DNA of 64,000 nucleotides from an uncultured Chlamydiae bacterium (GTDB lineage Bacteria; Chlamydiota; Chlamydiia; Chlamydiales; JAJFMB01): NCBI GenBank assembly GCA_963696295.1, contig CAVOJR010000001.1, positions 2,428,467 to 2,492,466 of the forward strand, read 5' to 3'. Shown piece by piece: positions 46,367 to 55,014 of this stretch (position 1 is its first letter; each line of letters starts with the position of its first letter). The notes under the pieces were generated by a model. It saw only the letters and a program-made list of their open reading frames with translations, ran no database searches and was not told where the DNA came from. The position numbers and the translations under genes were made by a program.

Positions 46367-49300
46367 TTATTTTTTGAAAAGTGTGAGAATTTTAGCAGCG
46401 TAATCCTTGTTCTCAAAACGTTCATAGTATTTTTGCGAAATCATTATAGCAGAGGCTGTCTTCATCCATATCTTATCTTTGGTTGCCGCGCACGCCAGGC
46501 AAAACTGGTAGAGTATTTCCTCCATCTCGATCGGAAATGTATTAAAAAGGCTCCAATGGCAACTTTCCATATTTGCCACGGTCGCATCAAGCAAACGATC
46601 CATCACTTCCCTATTCTGTTCCGCCCGGCTATAAGCCGCTGTAAATTCTTTCAGCATATTCACGTGGCGCAGCATGACCATAAACTTTACAACGTGATCT
46701 TGTTCCCTATTTTTTTCATAGGCTTTTAACATATTGGTACGGTATTTGGCGTCGAGGTCCTTGGCTAGTGACTCCTCCGCTTTGGTGTGGAACAATAGCC
46801 CCACAATCGCAGTATCCAGCTGTTTGACCAGCTGCATAAAACTACTTTGATGATCGCGATAGATTTCCGTAATGCTTTTTAAACGGTTAGCCATCTGGGT
46901 GAGATAATCCGCGTCATAAGCCGCTGCTGTATTCATGGCTTTAAGCCCTTTGACAATAACATCCAGATAAAAACCATCAAAGCCAAATTTGGAGCTGAAA
47001 AGCGAGGGCGCTTTTGCGTGGTTGAGCACCCGGAAAAGCTGTATGAGCACTTTTTTTTCATCAGATCCGGCGCAGTTGAGAAAAATAAGCTCGCAGCTGC
47101 GCTTTGTCATCACTGGCGGTTCCCCGTTTAACTTATCTAAACCGATTTGAATGTAGGAAAGGGACAGCTCAAAATATTTATCCTCGAGCCCGGCTGAAAG
47201 GTGGGAGACTACAAGGAAGGGATCTATCAATCCGAGATTCAAAATCTGCCTGCAAAGATTAAACAAGGAATCAGTGGGCTTTTTACATTTTTCAAATACT
47301 TTTGCGAGGGCCAGGCTCATGCTCTCTTTGACCTGAAGGATTTCGGCTTTCAAACAAAATTGTTCGAGGGCTTCGATTTCCCCCTCAAGATCTAGATGGT
47401 TCCTTGCTGAGAGCAATAGATGCATCTTCAAATCGACGTTGAGCAGGGCGATGCGCTCAAACTTGCTAAAATAGGGATGCCAGTTCATCCTGGCGTTGAT
47501 CAGCTCATCCCCCTCAGGACATCCTAAAAATAGAGCGGGCAGAACCTGTATGAGGACTTTTTCCGGTACTTGTCTTTCCAGTTCGTCCTTGTTTGTCAGC
47601 AGCTTTGCGATCAGAGGGTCTTTGGTTTTGCCCAGGGAAAGGAGTACTTGTTTTTGCAAGAGGTTGAATTTATCCATCTCCTGGCTTAAGAGCTTCTCCT
47701 GTTCGCCTATCATCTTCCAGCAATAGAGCGGCTCGGCGCATTTTGCAAGCGCCTCGATCCAAAGCAAGGGCTCCTGAACCTGGTATTTGACCAGAATTTG
47801 CAAAGCTTCAGGGCTTCCTTTCAGTTCCCGGGCTACTTGGGGGGCGTAGTTGGCAAAGCTTTCATCTTGCAGGAGAAGGCGGGTGCGTTCCGGCAAGGAG
47901 AGATAGGGGAAAGCCTGGGCAAGAGGGAGGAAGGGGACTAAATCGGGGAGGGTTGCTACGAGCGGCAGCCATTGATCGCTTACAGGGAGCCGGAGGGGGA
48001 TTCCGAGGGATTTCAGGCAGGAAAAAAGCTCAAGCGCTGGGAGACTGAAGGCTTCTCTTTCACAAAACGACTGGATTTGAGGTTTTAATGACTCTTCACA
48101 CTTTTTGACTTTTTTTAGCAACGTGAGTATGAGTCCAGGACTCCCATTTTGAAGGGATAAGGCGAGCAGGGCGCTTCCTTCTACCGGCGCCTCAAGCAAT
48201 CCTTCCTGATGGGCCTTTTCCAGCAAATCAAGCTCCAATAGCTCCTGCAGCAAAGGGATGACGGCCTTATTCTTTGCCTCGATGGCTTGTTCGGTTTTCT
48301 TCCTCAATATTTCTCTGCAGGTGATCTTGAGCCCTTTCGCGGCGCACAAATCGTAATAAATGCCAGCCTGGTCCAGATCTCCTTTTTGCACAAAGGACTC
48401 AATCAGGCGCGTGAAAGGGGCGGAAAGTGCTGAGGGCAGCGCACAGGGGAGGGCCAAGACCCCCTTGGCCAGTCCTTCACAATCGGTTTCCAGAAGATTA
48501 GACAGTTCCTGAGGGTATTCCTTGAGGGCGATTTTAGAAAGATCTTCAAGGATGGCAGCTATATCGTCCGTCTCTTTGCCCTGTATCAGAATATTGACTC
48601 CCTGCGAGGCTTCCGATGGGGAGAGGAGATTTGCCTGCAAAAGTCTTCTAAAGAAGGGGCTTTTAGGGGCGGGCATCTCCTGAAAATATTTGAACGCCCC
48701 GATCTGCTGCCCTTTAGCCATCCGCCAAAGGGCGATGGCTTCGTCCATTTCTCCGGCTTCTAGATGGGCTTTGACGGCGGTATGCACGGCCTTTCTTAAG
48801 GGCTCTTTATTTATCTGGCAGGCAGAGCGGAGCATGGCGGGCAAAAGCTCTTTCATGCGCTTCTCTAAAAGAACAATCATATCCTCGGGAATTTTTTTCT
48901 TGCTGCCGGCGAGGATGGCAAGGCTCAAATCGACGAGGGCGTCCTCCTCTTCATAGGGAAGTGTGTGATAGATTTCCTCCGCGAGGGCAAGATCGGTGGC
49001 ATAATGCTTTTTCCAAAGGTGAAACGCTTCGATATGCAAGTTAGGAGTTGTTGACCTCGCCAGTTCAAAGACCGCCTCTTTTTTCTTAGCTGCGACTTTT
49101 CTGAGGGCTTCCCGGGCTTTATCCGAGAGCTTTTGCAGCTTGGCCACTTCCTGTATGTGTTTGAGGACGGCGGCGTCATTGTTTTTGGCGGACGCATCGA
49201 CGATCATCTGCTCTAACAAAGCGCAATCTTGCGGCGTCTGCAATTTGACCTTTTGCTCTTTGGCCCAGGTGAGGATTTGCGAGGCGCGCTCCAAATCCCC

Positions 49301-51442
49301 CCTTTCATGGGCTTTGAGGAATTCCCTTTGGCTGATCGGGGCGCACTCTTTGGGTAGAAGCTCTTTTTCGAGCAGGGCAAAGTAAAGAGGGCTGCTATCA
49401 TCGCAGGATAAAAGCTCCAACAGGCTCTTGTTGACCTTTTCCCCATTCGGCCAGGCGCGTACTATTGGGATTGCCTGGGCTATAAGATCTTGGTGATGAA
49501 TGCCTTGTGGATCTTTATGTTTGGCTATAGCGCACGCGTCGGTGAAGGTGCGCCCTTCTGCAGTAAAGCCTGGCATGGAAGTGAGTTCAGCTCTAATTCT
49601 CAGGGCGAGACCCAGATCCGCTTTTAAAAACGCATCAAAGAGAGCGATCCCCAAACTGACTGAAGGGTTCATTTTCCATTTGGCGAAGGCGATGCGGCAG
49701 ATCTCTACAACACCCGATTTTGCTAAGGTGAGCACCCACTCTTCCTCTTTCCTCAAATCCCACTTTGGATAGATTTGGCGGCGGCTCAAGCACTCTTCCA
49801 GCGGGGCTATCAGCCGCTCATTCCTTCCGGCGGCCAAAAAAAGATCTAACACTCTTGGCAAATCGAGGCGGGGGTGGAGCAGCAGGCACTGGATGGCTAG
49901 CAGAGGCTCTGCAAAGGATTGCGAAAGATCGAAGAGATCGGGGAGCTGCAGACATTCCAGATAGGGGAACACCTGTCTCGATTCGTCGTAGCAATAGGCT
50001 TTGGGAAGAAATGCCTCATAAAGGGGTTTTAGACGGGGATCTGAGGGGATAGTTCGGATTTTCAGCGGAACCACGTAGGTATGGGAGTTTCCAAATTGCC
50101 ATTGCATGGCAGGCTCGAAGGAGCTTTCCGTAAGAAAGGCTTTTACCCATTTTTTTTCAGCGCCGGTAAACAGGTAAAAGAAGGCCGAAATTTGGAGCGC
50201 TGCTTCAATCTGGCTAAAGGGGATTTCTTCTTTGTAAATGGCGTCGTAAATCACTTGACCTTCAGGCCCAAGCGACTCTCGTGAGAGGTTGGCGAGTTCA
50301 TGGACTTTCTTCGCGACCGTCTGGAAATTCCAGGAGCAGCCCTTTTTTTCGGCGCAGGCGAGGCTATTGAGCATCAGGAGGAGGAACGAGAGGCCTTCTG
50401 CCGGCAAGTGGTTTTTTGCCCCGTTATAGAGCAGGCAGGCCGCCTTTTCTTCGGTTAAGACCTTGATCTGGTCATAAAGGTGGTTTTCCGCCTCTTTTGG
50501 CTCGTCGATGAGAATTCCTTTGATCTGAGCGATGAAGTAGCGGAAATAGGCCCTCGCATCGCACTTTTCGAGATTGGTAAAGCGCGCTCTTTTCATTTTC
50601 AAGTCCGCAGCGGCCTGGGTCGATCCCTTAGAGCTGTTCAGGTAGATCCCTTCAACGTTATTGAAGGGTTTATAGAGCCTGCGTATGCCTAGCTGCTGGT
50701 CATCCATGCGGAAGAGGGAGGGGCTTTTCAGTTTTCTGACGATGATGAATTCGATGGGGGGCGAGCCGAAGGCGGCTGTCATAAAGAGCTGCTCCTCATC
50801 CTCCTGAACATGCCATTTTTGAAAGCCGGTATTGCGGATCAGCTGGAGATTATCGGAGTCATTGCTCTTTAATTTGTCGGGCAGGGCGCCCGCCAAAAAG
50901 TCCATCTGTTGCTTCAAACACTTTTTAAAATCGCTTTTGATGATATCGCCGGACAGTTGAAAGCGCACATCGGTATCGTAGCAGGTGTGTTCATCCATCT
51001 CCTCAGCCTCAGTCAAAAAGCCGTAAGAGCGCATGCCGTCAGTGGCATGCTTTCGGGTCAGTTTTTGCACCACGCTGCCGATCAGAGCGATCTCTTCAAT
51101 CGGAAAGGCCGTTGAGTCTACCACAAAGGCGATCGCCTGATCCAGATTCATCGGCGTGATCCAATAAAGGTCCTGCCGGGAGCTTTCGATTTTGAAATCA
51201 ATTTGACTGATCCAAGCGGCGACAAACCTTTTTTCTTCCGCCTGCATAGGGGGGAGATGCTGAGGAACATTGGTGCATAGTCCCTGGGAATTGATCCGCC
51301 CCTCCCGTTTCCATCTGGCGCGAAAGACGTCCTGGGGGAGGATTTCAGGGGAGAATTCCCTGACCGTTTCTACGGTGGCTTTAAAAGAAAGCGTGCAGGA
51401 AGCGGGGGCAGGACCGGCGATTGTGAAAGTAGTGACTTGCAT
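46367..51442 (-). CDS. Giant hypothetical protein (1691 aa), predominantly alpha-helical; candidate effector
   Basis: There is a single 5.1-kb uninterrupted ORF of intermediate GC. It is rich in Leu/Ala/Glu/Lys helical segments. No catalytic motif recognised. Confidence 0.55.
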   Translation of the reverse strand: MQVTTFTIAGPAPASCTLSFKATVETVREFSPEILPQDVFRARWKREGRINSQGLCTNVPQHLPPMQAEEKRFVAAWISQIDFKIESSRQDLYWITPMNLDQAIAFVVDSTAFPIEEIALIGSVVQKLTRKHATDGMRSYGFLTEAEEMDEHTCYDTDVRFQLSGDIIKSDFKKCLKQQMDFLAGALPDKLKSNDSDNLQLIRNTGFQKWHVQEDEEQLFMTAAFGSPPIEFIIVRKLKSPSLFRMDDQQLGIRRLYKPFNNVEGIYLNSSKGSTQAAADLKMKRARFTNLEKCDARAYFRYFIAQIKGILIDEPKEAENHLYDQIKVLTEEKAACLLYNGAKNHLPAEGLSFLLLMLNSLACAEKKGCSWNFQTVAKKVHELANLSRESLGPEGQVIYDAIYKEEIPFSQIEAALQISAFFYLFTGAEKKWVKAFLTESSFEPAMQWQFGNSHTYVVPLKIRTIPSDPRLKPLYEAFLPKAYCYDESRQVFPYLECLQLPDLFDLSQSFAEPLLAIQCLLLHPRLDLPRVLDLFLAAGRNERLIAPLEECLSRRQIYPKWDLRKEEEWVLTLAKSGVVEICRIAFAKWKMNPSVSLGIALFDAFLKADLGLALRIRAELTSMPGFTAEGRTFTDACAIAKHKDPQGIHHQDLIAQAIPIVRAWPNGEKVNKSLLELLSCDDSSPLYFALLEKELLPKECAPISQREFLKAHERGDLERASQILTWAKEQKVKLQTPQDCALLEQMIVDASAKNNDAAVLKHIQEVAKLQKLSDKAREALRKVAAKKKEAVFELARSTTPNLHIEAFHLWKKHYATDLALAEEIYHTLPYEEEDALVDLSLAILAGSKKKIPEDMIVLLEKRMKELLPAMLRSACQINKEPLRKAVHTAVKAHLEAGEMDEAIALWRMAKGQQIGAFKYFQEMPAPKSPFFRRLLQANLLSPSEASQGVNILIQGKETDDIAAILEDLSKIALKEYPQELSNLLETDCEGLAKGVLALPCALPSALSAPFTRLIESFVQKGDLDQAGIYYDLCAAKGLKITCREILRKKTEQAIEAKNKAVIPLLQELLELDLLEKAHQEGLLEAPVEGSALLALSLQNGSPGLILTLLKKVKKCEESLKPQIQSFCEREAFSLPALELFSCLKSLGIPLRLPVSDQWLPLVATLPDLVPFLPLAQAFPYLSLPERTRLLLQDESFANYAPQVARELKGSPEALQILVKYQVQEPLLWIEALAKCAEPLYCWKMIGEQEKLLSQEMDKFNLLQKQVLLSLGKTKDPLIAKLLTNKDELERQVPEKVLIQVLPALFLGCPEGDELINARMNWHPYFSKFERIALLNVDLKMHLLLSARNHLDLEGEIEALEQFCLKAEILQVKESMSLALAKVFEKCKKPTDSLFNLCRQILNLGLIDPFLVVSHLSAGLEDKYFELSLSYIQIGLDKLNGEPPVMTKRSCELIFLNCAGSDEKKVLIQLFRVLNHAKAPSLFSSKFGFDGFYLDVIVKGLKAMNTAAAYDADYLTQMANRLKSITEIYRDHQSSFMQLVKQLDTAIVGLLFHTKAEESLAKDLDAKYRTNMLKAYEKNREQDHVVKFMVMLRHVNMLKEFTAAYSRAEQNREVMDRLLDATVANMESCHWSLFNTFPIEMEEILYQFCLACAATKDKIWMKTASAIMISQKYYERFENKDYAAKILTLFKK

Positions 51443-51535
51443 AAATCCAACGAGTTAAGAGCGGAGATTCTACCTCATAAATTTGGTTTTTTGCAAAGGG
51501 AAAAAACTGTTACGCTAGAAAGAAAAGGATTCAAA

Positions 51536-52327
51536 ATGGAATTGCATCTTACCGGAAAAAAAGCCCTGGTCACCGGCAGCAGCGGCGGAATCGGCGAGGC
51601 GATAGCCAAGTGCTTAGCCAAAGAAGGCGCGCACGTCATGGTTCAGGGAAGAAAAAAAGCTGAGCTTGAGCGGGTCGTAAGAGAGATCACCGCCGCCGGA
51701 GGCGTGGCGCATTATGTGACGGGGGACTTGTCGCAAGACGAGGATGCCGGGCGGGTGGCCGAAGAGACCTTGGCCGCCTTTGGTCGCTTGGATATTTTAG
51801 TCAATAATGCGGGTGCTTTTCCTAAAGAAACCTGGCAGAGCCCTGCGCAAAACTGGCTCGATCTGCTCAACGTCAACGTCGTCGGCATGGTGCGCATGAT
51901 CCGCGCGTTTCTCCCGCAGATGAAGGCCCTTGGCTGGGGTAGGATGATTCAGATCGCGAGCGCCGCTGCGATCAGCCCCTCCCCCGGGCAGCCGGCATAT
52001 GGGGCCTCAAAAGCCGCCGTCATGAACATGAGTTTGAGTTTGGCCAAAGAGCTTTCCGGAACCGGCATCACATCGAATACCGTCTCTCCCGGGCCTGTCG
52101 TCACGCCAGGAGTGCGCGTCCTTTTTGAAGGCATTGCCAAAGAGAAGAATTGGGGCAGTGACTGGAAAGAGATTGAGAAAAGGTCGACAGCGGAAGTGCT
52201 GCCCAATTTGGCCCGCCGCTTCGGCACACCGGAGGAAGTGGGCAGCCTCGTCGCCTTTTTGGCCAGCCCCTTGGCGGACTACATCACCGGCGCCAACTAC
52301 AGGATCGACGGGGGAAGGATTAGGTAA
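51536..52327 (+). CDS. Short-chain dehydrogenase/reductase (SDR)
   Basis: ATG at 51536 follows an AAAAGGA RBS. LTGKKALVTGSSGGIGEAIA (TGxxxGIG), NNAG, and YGASKAA (catalytic YxxxK). Confidence 0.8.
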   Translation: MELHLTGKKALVTGSSGGIGEAIAKCLAKEGAHVMVQGRKKAELERVVREITAAGGVAHYVTGDLSQDEDAGRVAEETLAAFGRLDILVNNAGAFPKETWQSPAQNWLDLLNVNVVGMVRMIRAFLPQMKALGWGRMIQIASAAAISPSPGQPAYGASKAAVMNMSLSLAKELSGTGITSNTVSPGPVVTPGVRVLFEGIAKEKNWGSDWKEIEKRSTAEVLPNLARRFGTPEEVGSLVAFLASPLADYITGANYRIDGGRIR

Positions 52328-52430
52328 ACTCTAGAGACAAATGGGTCTTTCTTTTTACAAAATTTAGAGGTCTGCTTATTGGGCAAATCTGCCCTGCGGT
52401 CAATTTAATGCACTGAGGCGATAAAACGCA

Positions 52431-54149
52431 TCAATACCGGCCAAAAAACCAACCGAAAAAGAAATTAAAAAGGTTTTGCAAAAAAGTTTTCGGTACAGGT
52501 TGGGTGGGGGGAGTAACAGTCGATGGGGTGGTTTTTGGTTGGAGCGGACTTTTCTCTGTTGCTTCTTTTATTTTTGTCAGTGGGGCAGAGCTTGCAGCAC
52601 CTGCAATAGGGACTTTAGGATCTGCTTTTTTAACTTTTCCTGCTGCCTTATCAAGTCTTTTTTGAAGGACCCCCTCCTCTTTGACAACATCCCCTGTCTT
52701 CTTACCTTCACCAGCTTCGATCATCATTGCTAGATGCTCTTGAGTTACTGGGCCACCAGCTTTTTTTCCGCTGGGAGATGTAATGCCTCCTTCTAATTTT
52801 GCTGTTTGTAATTGCCTCTGGACTGGGTCATTTGCAAATGTGACATTTGGATTCGTTATCGCTTTCATTCGATCGATGAGTACAGAGGTTACTTCCGCTT
52901 TAATTTTATGGTGAAGCCTGGGACTGCCCGTCAGCGCGAGGATTCTTTTCTTCTGATAAGCCATGACAGCTTTTTGGGTACAATTAGATTTATTTTGAGG
53001 TTTGCGTGATTCTAATCCACCATACTGTTCTTGATTCTTTAGATCGACTTTTACACCATTTGGGGGGCCCAGACTTGCGTCAAGGTGGTCGTACATCATA
53101 TCAATACTGTGCGTTTCTGAGCGTCGAATATCATTAAGCTGAAGTAGCCCCGTAATAAAACCTTCATCTGTCACTGCTTCCTCGCTTACACAGTATTTAA
53201 GGTCGAAATGGCGTCCAGTCTCCCGGCCAAGCATGTTTTTTTCTTGAATGTGTCTCTTCGATGCTGGCTCTGTACCTTCACCGGTATTAATCACGGTAAA
53301 CGTAAACTGTCCGTCTGGTCGTTTTTCCACGGCATACATGACACTGTGACCGGATTGGCCTTGATTTGAGTATCCGCCTGGGATCAAAACACACTGGCCT
53401 GGCTTAAGATTTTTGATTCTGCGGATTATTTTTCCTGGAAGTTGAGTGTGTTTATCCGCCTCTTTACTTGACATATCATTAGCTAACTCTTTTGCATCTG
53501 CAAGTTCTTTGGAAATCTGAGTAAGCGCCTCGTTTTCCTTTGAGGTAAGGTTCTCTCTATTTTTTTCCTGGTAAGCGTCTAAGTAATCGTTGTTATGCTC
53601 TAATACCTCTTCGATGTCTGCACCATGACCGAGCCAGGTGCTTTCTTCATATTTGCTTTTATCTAATTTTGGTCTATTGAGCACATGTAAGTTGTAGCGA
53701 CTAATGATAGCAGCATCAGTAGTTTGAGTTTTTAAATGTAATAATTCTTCTTTATCTGCTGCAAGTATTTTTTCCTTTTCTTTTAGATCGGCTCTAAGTT
53801 CATCATCATGGGTTTTTTCTCCTAGCTTTTTTAATACCTCGTCACCATGTGCAACGAAATTATAATTTTCATCACTAACTCCGCGAACAAATTCTTTTTT
53901 ATGAGCTTTTTTCATTATGTTATGAGCTCCCTGAAGAATTTTCTCCGAGATGTCTTTAATTAAATCGTCAATGCTTCTTTCAACGCTTACGCCAAATAAT
54001 CCCTCTTTTTTAGTTTCAATACCTAATTTTGTCGCGGCTTGTTGTAATTGTCCTTTATGTAGCCTTCTATCTACGTCATTAATACCCGCATTATATAGGA
54101 AATCAACCGCATGATTTAAATTATCTTCTGAGGAACTGGTTGTATTCAT
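52431..54149 (-). CDS. Hypothetical protein (572 aa) with candidate CE-clan Cys-protease-like motif set; paralog of 55015-57177
   Basis: LKPGQCVLIPGGYSNQGQSGHSVMYAVEKRPDGQFTFTVINTGEG ... QNKSNCTQKAV gives a H..(~22)..E/N..(~95)..Q-x4-C order like Ulp1/adenain/YopJ. The N-terminal half is charged and coiled-coil-like. The C-terminal tail is hydrophobic (FLQNLFNFFFGWFFGRY). Confidence 0.45.
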   Translation of the reverse strand: MNTTSSSEDNLNHAVDFLYNAGINDVDRRLHKGQLQQAATKLGIETKKEGLFGVSVERSIDDLIKDISEKILQGAHNIMKKAHKKEFVRGVSDENYNFVAHGDEVLKKLGEKTHDDELRADLKEKEKILAADKEELLHLKTQTTDAAIISRYNLHVLNRPKLDKSKYEESTWLGHGADIEEVLEHNNDYLDAYQEKNRENLTSKENEALTQISKELADAKELANDMSSKEADKHTQLPGKIIRRIKNLKPGQCVLIPGGYSNQGQSGHSVMYAVEKRPDGQFTFTVINTGEGTEPASKRHIQEKNMLGRETGRHFDLKYCVSEEAVTDEGFITGLLQLNDIRRSETHSIDMMYDHLDASLGPPNGVKVDLKNQEQYGGLESRKPQNKSNCTQKAVMAYQKKRILALTGSPRLHHKIKAEVTSVLIDRMKAITNPNVTFANDPVQRQLQTAKLEGGITSPSGKKAGGPVTQEHLAMMIEAGEGKKTGDVVKEEGVLQKRLDKAAGKVKKADPKVPIAGAASSAPLTKIKEATEKSPLQPKTTPSTVTPPTQPVPKTFLQNLFNFFFGWFFGRY

Positions 54150-54289
54150 AATTAACTCCTTTACTTTAATTATATCAAAATTAATTTTTACAATCAGTTT
54201 TTTGTTTTTATTTTTATAATTAATAAAATATTAATGTTTTCGGCTTTTTGGGACCCTGTACCAATTGGCATTTAGAGGGAGGCGTGGAA

Positions 54290-54860
54290 AGTTTATAAGA
54301 CTTAACGCCCTAAATACTGTGCTAGATACCGCCCGGTGTAGGAAGTCGGGTGGGTGACAATCTCTTCGGGGCGCCCGGCGAAGACGAGCTGGCCGCCCTG
54401 CTCCCCCGGCTTCGGGGTCGAGATCGATCAGGTAGTCGGCGTTTTTGATCACATCCTGGTTGTGCTCGATGATCACCATGGTATTACCTTTGTCGACGAG
54501 TAGCAGGAGCTGGAGCTGGATGTCTTCGCTGTGCAGCCCGGTGGTGGGCTCGTCGAGAGGTAGAGGGTCTTGCCGGTGGATCGCTTGGCGAGCTCGCGGC
54601 TGAGCTTGATCCGCTGCGCTTCGCTGCCGGAGAGGGTCACGGTCTCCTGGCCGAGCTTCAGAGCCGAGGCCGACGGAGATGAGGCGGTCGAGGATACGGA
54701 CTATTGAGGGGTTGTTTTGAAAGATCACCTTGGCCTCGGTGATGGTGAGGTTGAGGATCTGCCGTTTAGGCCGCTGTAGGTCAATTCGAGGCTGACGGGG
54801 TTGAGGCGCAGGCCGTGGCAGTCTTCGACTTGCACGGGGGCTTGTTGGTAAGCGAGGAGA
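54290..54860 (-). pseudogene. Decayed duplicate of the uvrA 3' end (homologous to 57250-57810)
   Basis: Long near-identical stretches to the uvrA C-terminal coding region (e.g. tcttcggggcgcccggcgaagacgagctggccgccctgctcc). There are several deletions or indels. The flank 54289-54330 also matches 57243-57290. It is GC-rich. Confidence 0.7.
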
Positions 54861-55014
54861 AGTTATTTGAGCGTAAATCGTAAAGAATATAATAAGAAAT
54901 GAAAGCGACTCTTTAATTTCATTTGTTTTTAAGTTGATTGTTTGTAAAGTATTAAGTTTGTTCATATAAATTAATTTAATATGATATAATTAACAATATA
55001 TTAATTGGAGGGGT

